A stretch of 27,915 bases of DNA from Fusobacteriota bacterium (GTDB lineage Bacteria > Fusobacteriota > Fusobacteriia > Fusobacteriales > JBNJFI01), in contig JBNJFI010000020.1 of assembly GCA_051746725.1 (NCBI GenBank), forward strand, positions 1 through 27,915, given 5' to 3'. The translations under genes were made by a program, and so were the position numbers. Position 1 is the first letter of the stretch; every line of letters begins with the position of its first letter. The notes beneath the pieces were generated by a model, which ran no database searches, was not told where the DNA came from, and was given only the letters and a program-made list of their open reading frames with translations. Below, piece after piece: positions 16,945-25,872 of the stretch.

Positions 16945-18363
16945 ATGATAAAGATGGATTTTAATATTGTTCAGGCCTATATATCAAAAATGCCAGAATT
17001 AGAAGATTTATTAGAAAATAATCAGGTTCAAGATCTAACAGATAAGTATTCAAGAGAACTAGTAGAAGAATATTTACAAAAACTATTGGATAATAGACAT
17101 AAAAAAATTGTAAAAGCAAAACAAGAAGATGAATTGGCTAAATTAGATTTTTCTTTTGATTATTATATAAAAAAACTTAAAAAGGACTTAGTTATAGAAA
17201 AAGGTCGGCCAATCAAAAAAGTTATAAATTGCTTAGGTACTGTGTACTCTCAATATATAGGCGAAAGATTATACACAGATAATATATTAGATGATTTCAA
17301 AAAAGTTTTTGGAGAGTATAATAATCTAGAATTGGATGAAGAAAAAAGCGACAAAATAGAATTAGATCAAGAATTAAAAAGATTATTCAATCAGATATTA
17401 AACGGAAAAGAGTATATATTAGTTAATAATATGAGTAGTGCTGTATATCTTGCTGTGGAATCTTTATATAAAGATAAAGCAATCTATATGAATATAAAAG
17501 ACAACTTTTATCTTTCTGAAGGAATAGGAATACAAGATATAATTGAAAGATGTAATGTGGATATAAATTATGTAGGATATATTAATAGAGTTTCCATAGA
17601 TGACTATAAAGCAAAAGTCCAAAACAAAGAAGAATTAATTATAAATTCTGATATTTTTGAAAATGATCTAAAAGATATCGGACAATTAAGCGATGAAGAT
17701 TCAAAAAAGATTAACCAATTAGCAGAAACAATGTTTATATCAAATAAAGTTTATTTAGAAACTGATTCATTACAAATAGAAGAGAGTGGATTAAAGTTAA
17801 AAGAAATATTAGAAAATGATTACAACTTATATGCACTTAATTTATCTAAACTTTCAGGAACTCCAGATGTTGGTTTATTAATAGGAGATCCCCAAAAAAT
17901 AAAAAAAATAAAAGAGAATAAGCTATCGAAAATATTTTCGGTAACTAAAGAGAGTAAAGTTTTATTATATTTGATCTTAAAGGCATACTTAGAAAAAAAA
18001 TATAATGACATATACATAAATAATAAATTAAACGTATCAGAAGAAGAGTTAAAAGATAGAAATAAAAGGTTTGCTAGAATATTAGAAAGAGAAGTAGAAG
18101 AAAATATAGAAATAAATTTTATAAAAGGAGATTATTTAAAAATAAGTGATAATCTTTCTAATGAATATACTTTTCCTACAGAATTAGTTCATATAAAACC
18201 TAAAAATATCCCAGGAGAAAAACTTGAAAAAAATTTGAGATGTAATGATCCAAGTATTTTATGTTGGATGAATAATGGAGCTTTGATGTTTAACTTACAA
18301 TTAATAACAGAAGAAGATGAAGATATAATAATAGATAAAATAGTAGAATTTTTTAATAAATAA
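16945..18363 (+). CDS. Divergent SelA (L-seryl-tRNA(Sec) selenium transferase)-like fold-type-I protein
   Basis: Colinear remnants of SelA motifs: KKVINCLG, YNNLELD, LVNNMSSAVYL, VGYINRVSIDDY and SKLSGTPDVGLLIG; similar length to SelA; catalytic motifs eroded. Confidence 0.75.
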   Translation: MIKMDFNIVQAYISKMPELEDLLENNQVQDLTDKYSRELVEEYLQKLLDNRHKKIVKAKQEDELAKLDFSFDYYIKKLKKDLVIEKGRPIKKVINCLGTVYSQYIGERLYTDNILDDFKKVFGEYNNLELDEEKSDKIELDQELKRLFNQILNGKEYILVNNMSSAVYLAVESLYKDKAIYMNIKDNFYLSEGIGIQDIIERCNVDINYVGYINRVSIDDYKAKVQNKEELIINSDIFENDLKDIGQLSDEDSKKINQLAETMFISNKVYLETDSLQIEESGLKLKEILENDYNLYALNLSKLSGTPDVGLLIGDPQKIKKIKENKLSKIFSVTKESKVLLYLILKAYLEKKYNDIYINNKLNVSEEELKDRNKRFARILEREVEENIEINFIKGDYLKISDNLSNEYTFPTELVHIKPKNIPGEKLEKNLRCNDPSILCWMNNGALMFNLQLITEEDEDIIIDKIVEFFNK

Positions 18364-18467
18364 TATATTTTTCTCGATCAAATATTCAATTATACCAATG
18401 TTAAAAAGGGTTAATGTGTGGTTTTCTAATTGAATTTTTAAAGATATAAAAAAACATGAAAAAATGT

Positions 18468-18496
18468 TTGACAAAAGCGAAATATTATAGTATAAT
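18468..18496 (+). promoter_or_regulatory. Consensus sigma70 promoter of the tRNA operon
   Basis: TTGACA (18468-18473), 17-bp spacer, TATAAT (18491-18496), with an A-rich upstream element. Confidence 0.9.
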
Positions 18497-18518
18497 TAGT
18501 CCCGTAGTTGAGAGAGAT

Positions 18519-18607
18519 GCCTCGGTGGCGGAACCGGTAGACGCACAGGACTTAAAATCCTGTGGTGAATTTTCACCGTGCCAGTTCAATTCTGGCCCGA
18601 GGCACCA
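18519..18607 (+). tRNA. tRNA-Leu(TAA)
   Basis: Acceptor GCCTCGG/CCGAGGC-A-CCA; anticodon arm CAGGA-CTTAAAA-TCCTG; long variable arm; GTTCAAT T-loop. Confidence 0.97.
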
Positions 18608-18627
18608 TTTCTCAAAAGCACAAATGT

Positions 18628-18704
<77 letters not shown>

Positions 18705-18709
18705 AATGA

Positions 18710-18786
18710 GCCGATGTAGCTCAGTTGGCTAGAGCATGCGGTTCATACCCGCAGTGTCGGAGGTTCAAATCCTCTCGTCGGCACCA
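18710..18786 (+). tRNA. Elongator tRNA-Met(CAT)
   Basis: GCCGATG/CGTCGGC-A-CCA; anticodon arm TGCGG-TTCATAC-CCGCA. The TTCATAC loop resembles elongator Met rather than Ile2. Confidence 0.93.
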
Positions 18787-18872
18787 TACTTTTAGATACA
18801 ATTGAATATAAACATAACAAAGGCCGCGTAATTTCTTATGCCCCCTTTAAGATTATGCGATTAAAATATTTT

Positions 18873-18909
18873 AAACCTGGACTATAGAGTTCAGGTTTTA
18901 TTTTTTTTT
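18873..18909 (+). terminator. Intrinsic terminator of the tRNA operon
   Basis: AAACCTGGACT-ATAG-AGTTCAGGTTT followed by TA and T9. Confidence 0.85.
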
Positions 18910-18913
18910 GGCC

Positions 18914-18942
18914 TTTAAAACTAAAAAAAAATATGGTATAAT
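18914..18942 (+). promoter_or_regulatory. Candidate promoter for the HD-GYP/LPS cluster
   Basis: TTTAAA, 17-bp spacer, extended -10 TGgTATAAT (18934-18942). Confidence 0.6.
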
Positions 18943-19013
18943 GAATTAAATAATTAAAATAAATTAAAGATAAATCTATTAGTTTAATTTATTTTTAGTA
19001 GAAGAGGTGGATC

Positions 19014-20132
19014 ATGGAATTATTAACCTTAGATATTTTAAACGCAGTAATATATTCAGTAAAATACTCTGATGAAGAAAAATATAATAAAATAAAGAAG
19101 AGAATATTTTTATCTATGGAAGTTGGAAAAAGAGTAGATGAAGGATTATTATTTAAAATTTTTATATCTTCTCTATTAAAGGGTATTGGAAATATTGGGG
19201 TAAAGGAAGAATTAGATAAGCAAATATCAACTTATAGATCTGCTGAAATAGTTAGAGAAATGCCAGAAATAATTCCTTTTCAATATCAGATAGCCGATAT
19301 AATTTTAGAAACAGGAGAAAGACTTGATGGAAGTGGTTACCCTTCGGGAAAAAGGAAAATAAAAAAAGAGGCTCAGATAATTGGTATGGTTGAAGATTAT
19401 ATTAATGCCAAAAAGGAATTTTGTATTAACTGCAAAAGATATAACCCAGAAAATCTAAAATTACTAGAAAAAATATTAGAAGAAAAGTCAGTGAAAAAAA
19501 TACTAAGTAGTGAAGATGCTTTGGAAAATTATATAAAAGGAAAGTTGAAAAAATATAATGTTTTTAAAGAAGAACTTAATGGAGTAGAAGAGGAACAATT
19601 CCTTACTATGATTGCATCTATGATAGATACTAAACACAAATATACAGCAGGTCATACACGTAGAGTTGCTTCTTATAGTTATAGAATAGCCAAAGAAATG
19701 GAATATGATAAAAAGAGACTTAGTAAGATAAGATATGCTTCATATTTACATGATATAGGGAAACTAGCAATTGATATTAATATTTTAGATAAGGATGAAA
19801 AATTAACAGATGAAGAATTTGAAATAGTTAAAAGTCATGCAAAATATTCATTTTATATATTATGGCATTTACCTAGTTTAAGAGGATTATCATTTGGAGC
19901 TCTGCATCATGAGAAATTAGACGGAACAGGATATCCCATGGGTTTCAAAAAAGATAGAATACCAGAAGAAGCTCAAATAATTGAGTTAGCTGATATCTTA
20001 GATGCTCTAACTTCAAATAGATCTTATCGTAATCCATCAACCTTTGAAGATGCATTTAAAATATTAGAAAATATGATAGGGAAAAGTTTTGAAAAATATA
20101 TATACGACAAAGCTAAGATATGCTTTTTATAA
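19014..20132 (+). CDS. HD-GYP cyclic-dinucleotide phosphodiesterase (degenerate N-terminal + intact C-terminal HD-GYP)
   Basis: C-domain GHT.RVA, LHDIGK, HHEKLDGTGYP and ADILDALTS.RSYR; N-domain LLKGIGNIG and ETGERLDGSGYP. Confidence 0.9.
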   Translation: MELLTLDILNAVIYSVKYSDEEKYNKIKKRIFLSMEVGKRVDEGLLFKIFISSLLKGIGNIGVKEELDKQISTYRSAEIVREMPEIIPFQYQIADIILETGERLDGSGYPSGKRKIKKEAQIIGMVEDYINAKKEFCINCKRYNPENLKLLEKILEEKSVKKILSSEDALENYIKGKLKKYNVFKEELNGVEEEQFLTMIASMIDTKHKYTAGHTRRVASYSYRIAKEMEYDKKRLSKIRYASYLHDIGKLAIDINILDKDEKLTDEEFEIVKSHAKYSFYILWHLPSLRGLSFGALHHEKLDGTGYPMGFKKDRIPEEAQIIELADILDALTSNRSYRNPSTFEDAFKILENMIGKSFEKYIYDKAKICFL

Positions 20133-20145
20133 AAAGGAGAATAAA

Positions 20146-20877
20146 TTGGGAATATCAGTATCGATGATAACAAATAATGAAGAGAAAAAGTTAGATAGAA
20201 CTTTAGAATCAGTTTATAAATGGGTTGATGAAATAATAATAGTGGACTCCCATAGTACAGATAGGACTGTTGAGATTGCAAAAAAGTATGGGGCTAAAGT
20301 TTTTATCGAAGATTGGAAGGGATTTGGACCTCAGAAAAATAGTGCTTTGGAAAAATGTACTGAAGATTGGATTTTAATGATAGATGCTGATGAGGAAGTT
20401 ACTCCAGAATTGGCAGAAGAGATACAGAGAGAAGTTAATAATCCTAGAGGTAAAGTGTATGAAATATTAAGACAGGCATGGTGTTTTAACAAAAAAACAA
20501 ATCATAAAGATTATGCAATTAGATTAGTAAAAAAAGGTGTAGGGAAATATGATAGCAAAAAAGTTCATGAGACATTTCGAACAGATAAAAAAGCTGAAAA
20601 AATAAAAAAAATTATCAATCATCATACATATATATCCCATGAAGAATACTTTGATAAATTCAATAAATATACAACATTATCAGCTCAAGAGATGCACAAA
20701 AAAGGAAGAAAAGTTTCTTTTTTTAAATTAATATTAAATCCAATATATAAATTTATAAAAAAATATTTTTTTAAAAAAGGATTTAGAGATGGAGAAATTG
20801 GATTTATTATGAGTATTTATAGTGCTTATTATAATTTTGTAAAATATGCTAAATTAAAGGATTTAAATGATGAATAA
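20146..20877 (+). CDS. Glycosyltransferase family 2 (WaaE/KdtX-like LPS glucosyltransferase)
   Basis: VDS.STD.T, WKGFGPQKN, IDADE, VHE and YAKL motifs; start moved from 20089 to TTG 20146 (RBS AGGAG). Confidence 0.88.
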   Translation: MGISVSMITNNEEKKLDRTLESVYKWVDEIIIVDSHSTDRTVEIAKKYGAKVFIEDWKGFGPQKNSALEKCTEDWILMIDADEEVTPELAEEIQREVNNPRGKVYEILRQAWCFNKKTNHKDYAIRLVKKGVGKYDSKKVHETFRTDKKAEKIKKIINHHTYISHEEYFDKFNKYTTLSAQEMHKKGRKVSFFKLILNPIYKFIKKYFFKKGFRDGEIGFIMSIYSAYYNFVKYAKLKDLNDE

Positions 20878-21958
20878 AAACATATGCTTTTTTAATAGTT
20901 GTAAAGTTTGGGGAGGGGGAGAAAAATGGCATTATGATACTGCTATAAAATTATCCCAAAGAGGCTATAATATATCCTTTTTTGCAAATCCTAAAAGTAA
21001 ACTTTTTAATAAGTTACAAGATAAAAATATAAATATATATCCTATAAAAATAGGAAATATATCTTTTTTGAATATATTTAAAATAAAGAAAATAATAAAT
21101 ATCTTGAAAAAAGAAGATATAAATATCATAATATTAAACTTACCTTCTGACTTAAAAATAGCAGGTGTTGCAGCTAAGATAGCAGGTATCGAAAGAATTA
21201 TTTATAGAAGAGGCAGTGCTATACCAATAAAAAACAGTTTATCTAATAGACTTTTATTAAAAGATTGTGTTACTGATATATTAGCTAATTCAAAAACTAC
21301 AAAGGATACTATTTTAAAAAACACAAAAAATTGGTTAGATAAAGACAAAATTAAAATTATATATAATGGTATAGATTTAGATAAAATGGACAAAAAAGAG
21401 TGGGACTATATTTATAAAAGAGATAAGGATGAAATTATAATAGGAAATGCTGGGAGATTGAGCAAACAAAAAGGGCAGAAATATTTAATAGATATAGCTG
21501 AAAAACTAAAAAAAACAGAAGTAAAATTTAAGATAGTAATTGCAGGAACTGGAGAATTAGAAAAAGAATTGAAAGAATATGCTAAGAAAAAACATGTTGA
21601 AGATAAGGTTGTGTTTTTAGGTTTTGTTAAAAATATAAAAAGTTTTATGAAATCTATTGATATATTTGTTCTAACTTCACTATGGGAAGGCTTTGGTTAT
21701 GTTATGATTGAAGCAATGGCTAATCAAAAACCTGTGCTTGCATTTAATGTTAGTAATATATCTGAAATAGTTGATAACAAAAAAAACGGGTATTTGATTT
21801 CAGATTTTGATATAAAAGAGATGTGTGATAAGATACAGATTATGTATAAAAATAAAAAAATAATGGAAACGATGGGGATAGAAGGTCAAAAAAGGGTGGA
21901 AGAAAAATTTGATATAAATATAGCAATAGATAAATTGGAAGATTTTTTAAATAATTAA
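20867..21958 (+). CDS. Glycosyltransferase family 4
   Basis: WGGGEK, IYNGID, GRLSKQKG and SLWEGFGYVMIEAMA motifs. Confidence 0.92.
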   Translation: MMNKNICFFNSCKVWGGGEKWHYDTAIKLSQRGYNISFFANPKSKLFNKLQDKNINIYPIKIGNISFLNIFKIKKIINILKKEDINIIILNLPSDLKIAGVAAKIAGIERIIYRRGSAIPIKNSLSNRLLLKDCVTDILANSKTTKDTILKNTKNWLDKDKIKIIYNGIDLDKMDKKEWDYIYKRDKDEIIIGNAGRLSKQKGQKYLIDIAEKLKKTEVKFKIVIAGTGELEKELKEYAKKKHVEDKVVFLGFVKNIKSFMKSIDIFVLTSLWEGFGYVMIEAMANQKPVLAFNVSNISEIVDNKKNGYLISDFDIKEMCDKIQIMYKNKKIMETMGIEGQKRVEEKFDINIAIDKLEDFLNN

Positions 21959-22009
21959 TGGTAAGTTTAGGGTGAATAGCTTAATACAATAGGGTTTAAG
22001 GGAGAAAAC

Positions 22010-23212
22010 GTGAAAGAGCAACAGGAAAACAAACTAATAGACAAAAAAATATCTGTGATAATGGAATATATAGATGTAATAGGAATAATTATATTTGGAT
22101 TATCTCTATTTACTTCAAGAGCTGGAATGAATATAGGAATGGGTTTAATCTTAATATCTTTTTTGATAAAATTAATATTTGATCGCAAGAATTTAGTCTT
22201 ATCAGATAAAATAAGTAATTACCTTTTATTCATATATATAGGTGGCGCTTTTTGGAATATTTTTTCAGATAATGGTATTACTAGTTTTTTATTTAAATTT
22301 GAAAATCAATATAGATTAATCACAGTATTATTACTAATAAACACAGTCACTAATAATAAAAAATTAAAGAAATTTTTGATTTCAATAGAAATATCATTTA
22401 TTATATCTATTACATATGGAATCATAAATTGGTATAGGTTAGATGAAGGAAGATTGGAAAGCTTTGGAGGGTGCATGACTTACGCTCATCCTTTAGCACT
22501 GGCTTTAGTTATTCATTTAGGACTGATTTTTAGTGAAAAAAATATAAGAAGAAAAATATTATTTATTATATTAGAAATGTTAGGGTTAGGAGCTTTGATA
22601 TTAACACAGACTAGGGGAGCGTGGTTAGGTTTTATAGGAGGAACCGTGATATTTTTTATAGCTCTAAAGAAATATAAATTTCTATTAGCATTTGGAATTA
22701 TTTTGATGTCGACTTTTTTTCTTATGCCAGAGAACTTTCAAAATAGAGTGAAGAGTATAACAGCAACACGAGAAAATTCTTCAAATAATGCTAGATTAAA
22801 TTTATGGGGAGCAGCAATCTGGACATATAAAAATAATCCTATTTTTGGTAGTGGAGAGGGGAATAACGATAAATGGTATAATATGTATAAAGAGAAAAAA
22901 GAAATGGAAAAAATGAATATCTATGGAGGAAATACCCATAATATGTATTTACATTTTTTATCTCAAAATGGATTATTGATTATAGTATATTTATATTTTT
23001 TATTTTATATAATACCAAAGGATATTATACTTAATTTAAAAAAATCTAAGGATAAGGAAAAAATATATTTAGTTTCTTTAGGTTCTGGAGTAATATCATT
23101 TTATATCTCAGGATTAACAGAAAATGTATGGTACCACCTATATCCAGGGTATGCAATACTTACAGTGTTTTTCCTAATAACTTATATTAACAGGAGGGAA
23201 AATAAAAAATGA
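22010..23212 (+). CDS. O-antigen ligase family (WaaL-like) membrane protein
   Basis: Multiple TM segments; TQTRGAWLG, R.NLW, NPIFGSG and THNMYL motifs; GTG start after GGGAG. Confidence 0.88.
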   Translation: MKEQQENKLIDKKISVIMEYIDVIGIIIFGLSLFTSRAGMNIGMGLILISFLIKLIFDRKNLVLSDKISNYLLFIYIGGAFWNIFSDNGITSFLFKFENQYRLITVLLLINTVTNNKKLKKFLISIEISFIISITYGIINWYRLDEGRLESFGGCMTYAHPLALALVIHLGLIFSEKNIRRKILFIILEMLGLGALILTQTRGAWLGFIGGTVIFFIALKKYKFLLAFGIILMSTFFLMPENFQNRVKSITATRENSSNNARLNLWGAAIWTYKNNPIFGSGEGNNDKWYNMYKEKKEMEKMNIYGGNTHNMYLHFLSQNGLLIIVYLYFLFYIIPKDIILNLKKSKDKEKIYLVSLGSGVISFYISGLTENVWYHLYPGYAILTVFFLITYINRRENKK

Positions 23213-24261
23213 AAATAGTTTTAGTTGCACCGTTATCAATAAAAGTTCCTCCTGTAAAATACGGAGGTACGCAAAGAGATGTTTACTGGTTAGCAAAAGC
23301 TTTAAGTGAAAAGGGGCATGAAGTTACAGTATTAGGAAAAAAAGGAAGTTATGTAAATGAAAGGGTTAAAATAATAGAAGTTCCAGAAGATATAAAAGAA
23401 AAAGAATTCGAAAAATTTATTCCAGAGGATTTTGATATAGTAAATTATCATGTGAAAATTAATTATGAACCAAATTTTCCATATTTACATTCAATGCATG
23501 GAAACGCTAAAGAGAAAGAGTTTTTACCTGAAAACACATCGTTTATTAGTGAAAAACATGCAGAAAATCACGGAGGAAAATATTATGCATATAATGGATT
23601 AGAGTTAGATGACTATAACTTTAATGAAAATCCTAAAGGTTATTTTAGTTTTATAGGTAAAATTTCATATAAACATAAAAATGTGAATTTAGCAATTGAA
23701 GTTGCTAAAAAATCAAATATAAAACTGAAAATAGCAGGTGGAAGAAGAGTTTCTTTTAATAAAAACATAGAATATTTAGGATTTATTGGTGGAAAAATAA
23801 AAGATGATTTTTTAAAAAATTCCAAAGGACTCATATTTCCTACAGCTTGGGAAGAACCAATGGGATTAGTTGTTATAGAATCTTTGGCCTGTGGTACTCC
23901 AGTGATAGTTTCAGATAGAGGTGCTATGCCTGAATTGGTAAGTAGAGAAGTTGGCTTTGTTTGTAAAAACAAAAAAGATTATTTAAATGCTATAAAAAAC
24001 ATAGATAAAATTGATAGAAAAGCTTGCAGGAAAAGAGTTGAAGAAAAATATAGTAATATAGTTATGGCTGATGAATATCTAAAATTATATAAAAAGATAT
24101 TGAGATCGTCTAATAATAAATTGCATTCAGAGGGTTTTACCTTGAATAATACGGTAAACAAGGGAACTTGGAAGAAGAAAGGACAAGATCATCTTTTAAT
24201 TGAAAAATTAAAAGAGATGTATAAGAAAATATTAATTAATAAAAAAGATCAAAAAGGATAA
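23209..24261 (+). CDS. Glycosyltransferase family 4
   Basis: VPP.KYGGTQR, WEEPMGLVVIESLACGTPV and CR.RVEE motifs. Confidence 0.92.
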   Translation: MKIVLVAPLSIKVPPVKYGGTQRDVYWLAKALSEKGHEVTVLGKKGSYVNERVKIIEVPEDIKEKEFEKFIPEDFDIVNYHVKINYEPNFPYLHSMHGNAKEKEFLPENTSFISEKHAENHGGKYYAYNGLELDDYNFNENPKGYFSFIGKISYKHKNVNLAIEVAKKSNIKLKIAGGRRVSFNKNIEYLGFIGGKIKDDFLKNSKGLIFPTAWEEPMGLVVIESLACGTPVIVSDRGAMPELVSREVGFVCKNKKDYLNAIKNIDKIDRKACRKRVEEKYSNIVMADEYLKLYKKILRSSNNKLHSEGFTLNNTVNKGTWKKKGQDHLLIEKLKEMYKKILINKKDQKG

Positions 24262-24263
24262 AC

Positions 24264-24917
24264 ATGAAAGAAGCTAAAATAAACTTAATAAAAAAAATTA
24301 AGAATAAACAAGGTGAAATTATAAGAGATAGCAAAAGAAGTTTTATAAAAAAAGTTAAAGTAAAGGATAAATATTATATATTTAAAAAACCGAGAGGTAA
24401 AAATAATAGAAAATGGATAAGATTTTTAAGTCTTTTTAGAAGTAGTGAAGTAAAAAAAGAGTATTTAAGTATGAAAAGACTAAGAAAAAATGATATTTTA
24501 TCCCCAGAACCTATAGCTTATCATGAAGAAAAATATTTAGGTATGGTTTTAGATTCGTGGTTTATTTATGAGTATAAAGATGGAAGGGTTTCCCAAAAAG
24601 AGGATATGGAAAAGGTGGTAGATGTATTGAGAAAAATTCATAAATTAAATCGATTGCACGGAGATCCCCAGTTTAGAAATTTTATTAAGGATACAAATGG
24701 AGAGATATTTATTATAGATTGTACTTTGAAAAGGAATTATTTAGGGAGATTTTCGGAAGCTTTTGAATACATTAGGCTAGAGAGAAGTATAGGCAATTTA
24801 GATGAAAAGCTTAGTTTTATAAAGGGGACTGGATATTATAAAGTAGCATATATCTATGATAGCATGTGGGATATATTTAAGAAAATCAAAAAGAAAGTAA
24901 GATTTTGGAGGAAATAA
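24264..24917 (+). CDS. LPS core kinase (WaaY/RfaY-, Kdo-kinase-like family)
   Basis: Kinase-like lysine in FKKPR, catalytic loop HGDPQFRNF and IID; LPS gene context. Confidence 0.8.
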   Translation: MKEAKINLIKKIKNKQGEIIRDSKRSFIKKVKVKDKYYIFKKPRGKNNRKWIRFLSLFRSSEVKKEYLSMKRLRKNDILSPEPIAYHEEKYLGMVLDSWFIYEYKDGRVSQKEDMEKVVDVLRKIHKLNRLHGDPQFRNFIKDTNGEIFIIDCTLKRNYLGRFSEAFEYIRLERSIGNLDEKLSFIKGTGYYKVAYIYDSMWDIFKKIKKKVRFWRK

Positions 24918-24918
24918 G

Positions 24919-25872
24919 ATGAAAATAAGTGGTTTTAGTATGATAAAAAATGCAACTAAGTTATATTATCCAATAAAACAAGCCATTATGTCAATATTAC
25001 CAATTGTAGATGAATTTGTAGTGGCAGTTGGAGATTGTGATGAAGATGATAAAACAAGAGATTTGATAGAATCGATAGGTTCAGATAAAATAAAAATAAT
25101 AGACACAGTTTGGGATTTAGAAAAATATCCAAGGGGAATGGAAAATGCTCATCAGACTGATATTGCCAAAAAAGCTTGCTCTGGAGATTGGTTGTTTTAT
25201 TTGCAAGCAGACGAAGTCATACATGAAAAATATCATGATGAAATAGTAGAAAAATGCAAAGAATATGTTGATGATAAGGAAGTTGAAGGTTTTTTATTTA
25301 AATATAAACATTTTTGGGGGGATTATGATCATTATCATATCTCTCATAAATGGTACCCAAAGGAAATTAGGATTATTAGAAATGATCTTGAGATCCATTC
25401 TTGGGAGTCTGCACAATCCTTTAGACGAATTCCAGATTTCGAGGGATTAAATTACAGGCAGCAAGAGGGAACATATAAACTAAATGTTATAGAGCTAGAT
25501 GCATATGTTTATCATTATGGATGGGTTAGACCTCCAAGATATATGCAATCAAAAAAGCAAGCTTTAGATACAGTGCATAAGGGGAGCAAAAAAGTAGAAG
25601 AGATGTACAAAAAAGCGCCTAAGGAATTTGACTATGGACCTTTGAACAAATTGGCTGTTTTTGAAGATACTCATCCTAAGGTGATGAAGAGTTGGATAGA
25701 TAAATTTGATTGGAAGGATAAATTGCAGTATACAGGGAAACCAAATCCATATAGAAAAAAACATAAACATGAGATGTTAAAATATAGAGTACTTACATTT
25801 ATAGAACAGACTTTTTTAAATGGAGATCATATAGGTGGATTTAGAAATTATAAACTTTTAAAGAATAAGTAG
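24919..25872 (+). CDS. Glycosyltransferase family 2
   Basis: GT-A pattern ISGFS.IKNA, SILPIVDEFVV, WLFYLQADE and YHYGWVR. Confidence 0.85.
   Translation: MKISGFSMIKNATKLYYPIKQAIMSILPIVDEFVVAVGDCDEDDKTRDLIESIGSDKIKIIDTVWDLEKYPRGMENAHQTDIAKKACSGDWLFYLQADEVIHEKYHDEIVEKCKEYVDDKEVEGFLFKYKHFWGDYDHYHISHKWYPKEIRIIRNDLEIHSWESAQSFRRIPDFEGLNYRQQEGTYKLNVIELDAYVYHYGWVRPPRYMQSKKQALDTVHKGSKKVEEMYKKAPKEFDYGPLNKLAVFEDTHPKVMKSWIDKFDWKDKLQYTGKPNPYRKKHKHEMLKYRVLTFIEQTFLNGDHIGGFRNYKLLKNK

Noticed and set aside
18519..18607. tRNA-Sec next to the SelA-like gene
   Set aside because: The anticodon is TAA not TCA, the acceptor stem is 7 bp and the discriminator is A: an ordinary tRNA-Leu.
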